Assembly: GCA_009691435.1 (NCBI GenBank)
Contig: SICO01000002.1
Span: 1-39,403 of the forward strand
Direction of reading: 5' to 3'
Length of the DNA: 39,403 nucleotides
Origin: Candidatus Saccharimonadota bacterium
GTDB taxonomy: Bacteria > Patescibacteriota > Saccharimonadia > CAILAD01 > BJGX01
The notes beneath the pieces are model-generated. The model was not told where the DNA came from and did not search any database. It was given only the letters and a program-made list of their open reading frames with translations. Shown in pieces: positions 35,028-39,403 of the stretch. The position numbers and the translations under genes were made by a program. Numbering within the stretch: position 1 is the first letter of the stretch; each line of letters starts with the position of its first letter.

Positions 35028-36083
35028 CTAGCCGAGCTTTCTTTTTTTGGCATAAGTTAACCCCACCAATAATAAAGCCATCACAACCAACATAGCAATA
35101 ATGCCAATAACTTTTTGGTGAGTAGAGCCTAATATCCCTATCAAGCCAAATATCAAGCAAATCATATAAATACACAGTACGGCCTGGCGTTGAGAAAACC
35201 CAGCATCTAAAAACATATAGTGTAAATGCCCCCTATCAGCAGTAAAGGGTGATTGCTTATGGGCTAAGCGCCTAACTACTGCCCAGATAGCATCTAGAAT
35301 TGGTAGGCCCAGCACTAATGCCGCGGTAGCCAGCTTGGCACCCGAGAATATAGCTAGTATACCAAGTGTCATACCTAAAAAATATGCTCCGGAGTCACCA
35401 TTAAAAATCTTAGCTGGATAAAAATTATAGATTAAAAACCCTAAACACGAACCCATTAATATAATTGCTATCATGGCAGTTTCGGGCTGATTAACTTTTT
35501 GACTAACTGCGAGCAAAAATATCACACCAGCTGCTATTGCCGAAACACCTCCAGACAAACCATCTATACCATCCAAGAAATTAATAGTATTAGTCATGCC
35601 AACTAGCCAAAATATAGCTAGCAATACAGCTACCCAGTTAAAGCTCAGGCTTAAGCCAAGTAAAGCGATGTTTACATTGGGCTGATAAAAGCTTAGGGTC
35701 TCTCCCAGTGGATTAGTAATGCTCTCGATTGTTATCCCAAAACCAACACTGGCTACGATTGCCGCTAAGACCTGCACGGAGAGCTTAAGCCAAGGACTTA
35801 GGCGCTTAATATCATCTACCAAGCCAATTGCTAGGACCATCGTGCCAGCCACTACAAGACCTATAAACTGCCTAGAAAAGCTACCCATTAGTGCTATGGA
35901 AACTAAAATAAAGGCTACATATATTGCCAGCCCCCCCGCTCGGGCTATTACGGTCTTGTGGAGTTTTCTAGCAGATTCTTCAGGGTTATCAACGGCACCA
36001 ATTTTAATAGCAAGGCGTTTAACTATAGGGATCAATAAGGCAGATACTAAGAAAGCTATACCGAGGCCGAGGATATAGTTCAT
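35028..36083 (-). CDS. MraY/WecA-family polyprenyl-phosphate N-acetylhexosamine-1-phosphate transferase
   Basis: 351 aa polytopic protein with NTINFLDGIDGL and the AKIFNGDSGAY motif characteristic of the family. Confidence 0.82.
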   Translation of the reverse strand: MNYILGLGIAFLVSALLIPIVKRLAIKIGAVDNPEESARKLHKTVIARAGGLAIYVAFILVSIALMGSFSRQFIGLVVAGTMVLAIGLVDDIKRLSPWLKLSVQVLAAIVASVGFGITIESITNPLGETLSFYQPNVNIALLGLSLSFNWVAVLLAIFWLVGMTNTINFLDGIDGLSGGVSAIAAGVIFLLAVSQKVNQPETAMIAIILMGSCLGFLIYNFYPAKIFNGDSGAYFLGMTLGILAIFSGAKLATAALVLGLPILDAIWAVVRRLAHKQSPFTADRGHLHYMFLDAGFSQRQAVLCIYMICLIFGLIGILGSTHQKVIGIIAMLVVMALLLVGLTYAKKRKLG

Positions 36084-37777
36084 TTTTTAACTGCCTTTTC
36101 AGTTACATCAAAAACTTTTGGATAACGACCGAACATTAGCCTAGTTTGGGCATTAAGGGCTGCTGCTGAGCCAAAAAATATCGAAGTAACAGGTACTAAA
36201 ACCCACTGCAAAACCATGAAAATAACTTTAGCCCTATGGTAGTGCTTAGGGCGAGGAGGCAACATCAATAAACTCAATAGGATCGTGATAAACTGCCCTA
36301 TAAGTGCAAGAGTTAATATCCTTGATGCTATTACTGGCAACTGATGGGCGAGCACCTGTCGGTTAAATTCTTGATTTAAAAATAGTGGTGCCCAAGCCGC
36401 AAATGTCAGTATTAACGGAGCTGTTGCCCAGCTAATATGGCCCTCTAGGAGCCTAAAAAATTGAAGCCATTTTTTACCAAAAGCAATGTGCTTATTTTTA
36501 ATATTATTGGTGATTACAAAAGGGATATCACTAGCTCCGTATGCCCATCTACGCAGTTGCTTGTATTGATTGACAAAGGTTTTACGGTAATTATCTGCCA
36601 ACACAGCATCCTGATAGATAGGGACATAAAGCGGTGCTACCATGTGGTCGCCATCATAAGTAAAAAAGGTCCGCCAATACTGGTGCCCGTCTTCTACTAT
36701 TGTTGTAACCGACCAAAAATCAGTATCAATTAAGGTCCGTAGGCTCTGGGCATGGGCCGCAAAGTTACGGAGTCTATTGTGTCGAACGCTCTCCATCATC
36801 AGCCAAAATGAATTACCGGTGGCAATTACGCGCATTGGCGCTGGGGCATCCCAAATATTATTAAAAAACATTGCCATCGGCTGGTAGCTAAAATGAATAC
36901 GACTAGGGTTAATGCAGTATTCATAGGTTAAATAAGAGAGGTACTTCTTATCAGGCCTATGGTCAGCATCAAGGGTAGTTACAATCACATTCTCGGGTTC
37001 AATATTTTGCTCCTGAAAATAAGTTTTAAGAATTCTGCCGGCATAAGTAATATTGGCGCCTTTTCCTGGCAGTTCTCCTGGGGTATTCTCAGGATGGCAA
37101 ATGCTCATATAGCCACCAAATTTATGAGAAAACTCTTTTTCTAAAACCTTGGCAGTTTGGGCGGTATTGGTACCACCACTCTGCTCATAGGCCAATACAA
37201 AAATAATATTTTTAGAATCATATTCAGAGGCGAGGACAGATTCTAATGAAGGCCTAAGGACACCCAGAGATTCATTATAAACAGCTGTGATAATAACATG
37301 CGTAATATCGTCTGGGTGGATCAGTGTCCTTTGGTGTTGAGTGATTTGTTCTAGCCTATCAACTTCTGCTCGCATCTGGTGAAATTGTTTTTTATTACTA
37401 CTTAATTTTACAAGCCCCAGAAAACCTGGCCTTGATACCCCTTCAAGCTTCTGCTTAGCCTCAGAGAATGCTTCTTCTATATTGCCTAGCTGGCCTAACC
37501 TCTGATCCCAATCAATCTTTTGGGCCCGTTTGATGGCACGATAACCTTCTACTAGCCCAAAGCTCATCCGTACTGATTTCAATAACCAAAATAGGTCAAA
37601 GGCTATAATAAAATAAGCCACCGCAATCGGCCAAACCAAGCTTAAGATAATTGGACTTGCGAGTAATGACCAGCTTATAAGCCCCGGCATCACCTCCCAT
37701 ATCCTATAAAACCATCCTTTATCAACAAGCCCTACGCCGAGAGTACTATAAGCTCCTGTATGGTTAGTTTGTGCCAT
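36080..37777 (-). CDS. Membrane-embedded GT2-family processive glycosyltransferase (synthase-like)
   Basis: 565 aa with N- and C-terminal TM bundles, TLDADHRPD (D,D,D-type motif) and QLRRWAYG (Q-x-x-R-W). 4-nt overlap with the downstream transferase. Confidence 0.75.
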   Translation of the reverse strand: MAQTNHTGAYSTLGVGLVDKGWFYRIWEVMPGLISWSLLASPIILSLVWPIAVAYFIIAFDLFWLLKSVRMSFGLVEGYRAIKRAQKIDWDQRLGQLGNIEEAFSEAKQKLEGVSRPGFLGLVKLSSNKKQFHQMRAEVDRLEQITQHQRTLIHPDDITHVIITAVYNESLGVLRPSLESVLASEYDSKNIIFVLAYEQSGGTNTAQTAKVLEKEFSHKFGGYMSICHPENTPGELPGKGANITYAGRILKTYFQEQNIEPENVIVTTLDADHRPDKKYLSYLTYEYCINPSRIHFSYQPMAMFFNNIWDAPAPMRVIATGNSFWLMMESVRHNRLRNFAAHAQSLRTLIDTDFWSVTTIVEDGHQYWRTFFTYDGDHMVAPLYVPIYQDAVLADNYRKTFVNQYKQLRRWAYGASDIPFVITNNIKNKHIAFGKKWLQFFRLLEGHISWATAPLILTFAAWAPLFLNQEFNRQVLAHQLPVIASRILTLALIGQFITILLSLLMLPPRPKHYHRAKVIFMVLQWVLVPVTSIFFGSAAALNAQTRLMFGRYPKVFDVTEKAVKK

Positions 37778-38150
37778 AATTGATTACCGTGAAACCAATC
37801 AAAATAGCGGTGGCTAATATTGCGCACATTAGGCCAGCCATCATTAAAAATATGCTAATTAATCTGTTGCGGCTATGCAAAAGGTTTGCCAGCGCGAAGT
37901 TTGCGAGAGGTACCAAAACAGCGATTATTGGTATTTCATAAAGGTGATACCAGCTACCTAGCTGGTCAAAATTAGTTAGGCTAGAAAAACGAACTGGGAT
38001 CTGGACTTGAGTCTGTTTAATATTGATAAGTGCCCAGATGATATTAAAAAGTACAACTCCTAAAGTCAGCATACACAGACTCAAAAACCAGCCATCTTTA
38101 TAAATTGAATGGCTGGCGATTTGTAACTTGGGGTTAGCTTTAGTATTCAT
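37764..38150 (-). CDS. Small polytopic membrane protein, first gene of the synthase operon
   Basis: 128 aa with about 3 TM helices. It overlaps the GT2 gene by 14 nt. Confidence 0.5.
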   Translation of the reverse strand: MNTKANPKLQIASHSIYKDGWFLSLCMLTLGVVLFNIIWALINIKQTQVQIPVRFSSLTNFDQLGSWYHLYEIPIIAVLVPLANFALANLLHSRNRLISIFLMMAGLMCAILATAILIGFTVINYGTN

Positions 38151-38164
38151 TGCTTGGTAGGTTT

Positions 38165-38173
38165 ATTATACCA
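38165..38173 (-). promoter_or_regulatory. Extended -10 element (TGGTATAAT) upstream of the synthase operon
   Basis: The minus strand reads TGGTATAAT, matching TGnTATAAT. Only 14 nt separate it from the ATG at 38150, and no SD is visible. Confidence 0.4.
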
Positions 38174-38202
38174 GAATACACCCGCTTTTAGGTAGCTACG
38201 AA

Positions 38203-38289
38203 GGCCGATGAGTGGGATTGAACCACTGGCCTATGCTTGTGCGGAAGCATCGCTCTACCTCCGCTAGCCAGCGTGTGAGCTACTGATCT
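38203..38289 (-). pseudogene. tRNA-Thr-derived tRNA-like element (no 5' acceptor strand, D-loop insertion, non-canonical anticodon loop)
   Basis: It aligns to the adjacent tRNA-Thr.
- Shared with tRNA-Thr: D-stem GCTC/GAGC, variable AGGCC, T-arm AGTGG-TTCAATC-CCACT and 3' acceptor CATCGGC.
- Different from tRNA-Thr: the 5' acceptor position reads AGATCAG (1/7 pairs) and the D-loop is 21 nt with a CGCT-GGCT-AGCG mini-hairpin.
- The anticodon arm is ATGCT-TCCGCACA-AGCAT (8-nt loop) and no CCA is encoded. Confidence 0.6.
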
Positions 38290-38304
38290 AACCTAAAATT
38301 AAAC

Positions 38305-38380
38305 TGGAGCCGATGAGCGGAATCGAACCGCTGGCCTACGCTTTACGAAAGCGTCGCTCTACCAACTGAGCTACATCGGC
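38305..38380 (-). tRNA. tRNA-Thr (anticodon CGU), discriminator U, CCA encoded
   Basis: Minus strand: GCCGATG-TA-GCTC-AGTTGGTA-GAGC-G-ACGCT-TTCGTAA-AGCGT-AGGCC-AGCGG-TTCGATT-CCGCT-CATCGGC-T-CCA. Confidence 0.93.
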
Positions 38381-38381
38381 G

Positions 38382-38455
38382 TGGTGCGAATGATGGGAAT
38401 CGAACCCACACCTCAACCTTGGGAAGGTCGCATTCTACCACTAAACTACATTCGC
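38382..38455 (-). tRNA. tRNA-Gly (anticodon CCC), CCA encoded
   Basis: Minus strand: GCGAATG-TA-GTTT-AGTGGTA-GAAT-G-CGACC-TTCCCAA-GGTTG-AGGT-GTGGG-TTCGATT-CCCAT-CATTCGC-A-CCA. It is separated from tRNA-Thr by 1 nt. Confidence 0.88.
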
Positions 38456-38621
38456 CTGCTACTAAAGTGCTCAGGCAGGTACTACCAATGTACTTTTTGC
38501 TCACTAACCAAGCGCGAAAAAGTACAATCTAACGAACCTAGCCTCACGACACAAGTATAATTCATATTTGCTATTTAAAACATATGGTAGATAATTTCCC
38601 CTACCACGCAAAAGAATAATC

Positions 38622-38654
38622 AAAAAGTGCACCATAGCTAGATAGTGCACTTTT
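38622..38654 (-). terminator. Intrinsic terminator after the 81-aa gene
   Basis: GTGCAC (38627-38632) / GTGCAC (38645-38650) stem with a 12-nt loop, flanked by A5 and T4 runs. Confidence 0.55.
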
Positions 38655-38703
38655 AAGCAATTAGGCAGACCGTTCAAGGCAGCCTATAGGTAGTGGAGAC
38701 TGC

Positions 38704-38949
38704 TTAAATTAGTTGTTTTTTAAGCTGGTCTGATAGTTTGCGCCATCTATCATATTCGCTAAGCTGGCTATCTGCTCGGCTTGCAAAAAAGGTAGAGCCA
38801 AAACTAGAAACTTGAGCCTTCTTACGGGTGTCTACCACATTACCGGTACACAAATACGGCACATGGGCATGCGCCTTGACCACCCTCACTTTTATTTTTC
38901 GTGGTCTTGATACTTGATAATATGTTAACATTGCAGATTTTGAATACAT
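38704..38949 (-). CDS. Hypothetical small basic protein
   Basis: 81 aa with an AAAGGA SD about 8 nt upstream of the ATG and a terminator downstream. No family was recognised. Confidence 0.5.
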   Translation of the reverse strand: MYSKSAMLTYYQVSRPRKIKVRVVKAHAHVPYLCTGNVVDTRKKAQVSSFGSTFFASRADSQLSEYDRWRKLSDQLKKQLI

Positions 38950-39204
38950 TTTTAATTCCTTTTTGTTTTTATACTTTTGTTTTTTGTAAAAAATAACCCA
39001 CTTCCTCCTAATATAGTATGAAGTGACTTACTACCTGATGGTCTCCACCTACCAGATAAGGCTATATACTAGCAAACATAAGTACTAATGTCAAGCATAA
39101 AAGGCGTAATATGACTAAAAGATTGAATAATAAGAGCTTTTTTGCTAAGATAATCAGGTTAATTTAGCTTATTAGCAGATTCAAGCATATTACCATTAAG
39201 CCAA

Positions 39205-39280
39205 GGGCCCGTAGTGAAGTGGTTATCACGCCTCCCTGTCACGGAGGAGATCGCCGGTTCAAATCCGGTCGGGCCCGCCA
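39205..39280 (+). tRNA. tRNA-Asp (anticodon GUC), CCA encoded
   Basis: GGGCCCG-TA-GTGA-AGTGGTTA-TCAC-G-CCTCC-CTGTCAC-GGAGG-AGATC-GCCGG-TTCAAAT-CCGGT-CGGGCCC-G-CCA. Confidence 0.93.
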
Positions 39281-39287
39281 TAAAAGA

Positions 39288-39314
39288 AGACCACCGAAAG
39301 GTGGTATTTTTTTA
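39288..39314 (+). terminator. Intrinsic terminator after tRNA-Asp
   Basis: ACCACC-GAAA-GGTGGT stem-loop followed by ATTTTTTT. Confidence 0.8.
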
Positions 39315-39403
39315 TGATGAGCGCTCGGCGATTTGAACCGGCTCTAGAGAGCGTAGCGAACGGGCCGGTTAGACAGATGCTCCGGCAATCTGTCGCTATC
39401 CGG

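Noticed and set aside
38190-39320. Integrated mobile element or genomic island at the tRNA cluster
   Set aside because: No integrase, transposase or direct repeat of a tRNA 3' end was found. The only duplication is the remodelled tRNA-Thr paralogue and a 13-nt inverted T-arm match.
1-39403. Alternative genetic code (UGA recoding, as in some CPR lineages)
   Set aside because: Long ORFs with full-length family matches are uninterrupted under the standard code. TGA also acts as a stop at sensible protein ends, for example 3251-3253 in the ATGA overlap of the two GT4 genes.
39315-39403. Calling the terminal open frame (MMSARRFEPALES...) as a CDS
   Set aside because: It covers only 29 codons before the window ends, has no SD, starts inside the terminator T-tract, and its sequence is dominated by palindromes and helices. 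The evidence is insufficient either way.

Overview
This is a gene-dense, AT-leaning stretch of core chromosome with no transposase, integrase, CRISPR array or recognisable defence island. Gene content suggests a reduced-genome bacterium with a Gram-positive-type envelope, possibly Patescibacteria/CPR and Saccharibacteria-like; that assignment is inference and cannot be verified here. About 40 plausible CDS fall into these groups.
- Translation: infC-rpmI-rplT, rpmB, rplY/ctc, thrS, miaA.
- Envelope: murT-gatD, uppP, pgeF, galU, a WecA/MraY-family transferase, a GT2 synthase, several GT4 enzymes, a polyprenyl-P sugar transferase, a DUF4012 protein and a MacB-type ABC pair.
- Maintenance: comM, dinB-like, rnhA, nrdR.
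- Several small membrane or hypothetical proteins.

RNA genes found by reading the sequence are tmRNA (284-679, -), an RNase P RNA (16407-17050, -), tRNA-Pro(GGG), tRNA-Val(GAC), tRNA-Thr(CGU), tRNA-Gly(CCC) and tRNA-Asp(GUC).

The most interesting signals are RNA-level.
1. The RNase P RNA is about 644 nt and carries three paralogous long hairpins, one at a non-canonical site.
2. Two homologous ~64-nt hairpins lie between a membrane/AAA+ operon and tRNA-Pro and are unassigned.
3. A tRNA-Thr-derived tRNA-like element next to the genuine tRNA-Thr lacks a 5' acceptor strand and has a D-loop insertion.
4. The thrS leader contains a textbook T-box antiterminator core (7-nt UGGAACC bulge), but upstream sequence is short and the expression platform is atypical.

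Protein-level curiosities are a membrane-anchored double-AAA+ Clp/Hsp100-like ATPase coupled to a small membrane protein, a DUF4446-bactofilin-degenerate kinase-like operon, and a glycan operon coupled to a MacB-type ABC transporter. All functional calls come from motif recognition by eye; no database search was run.
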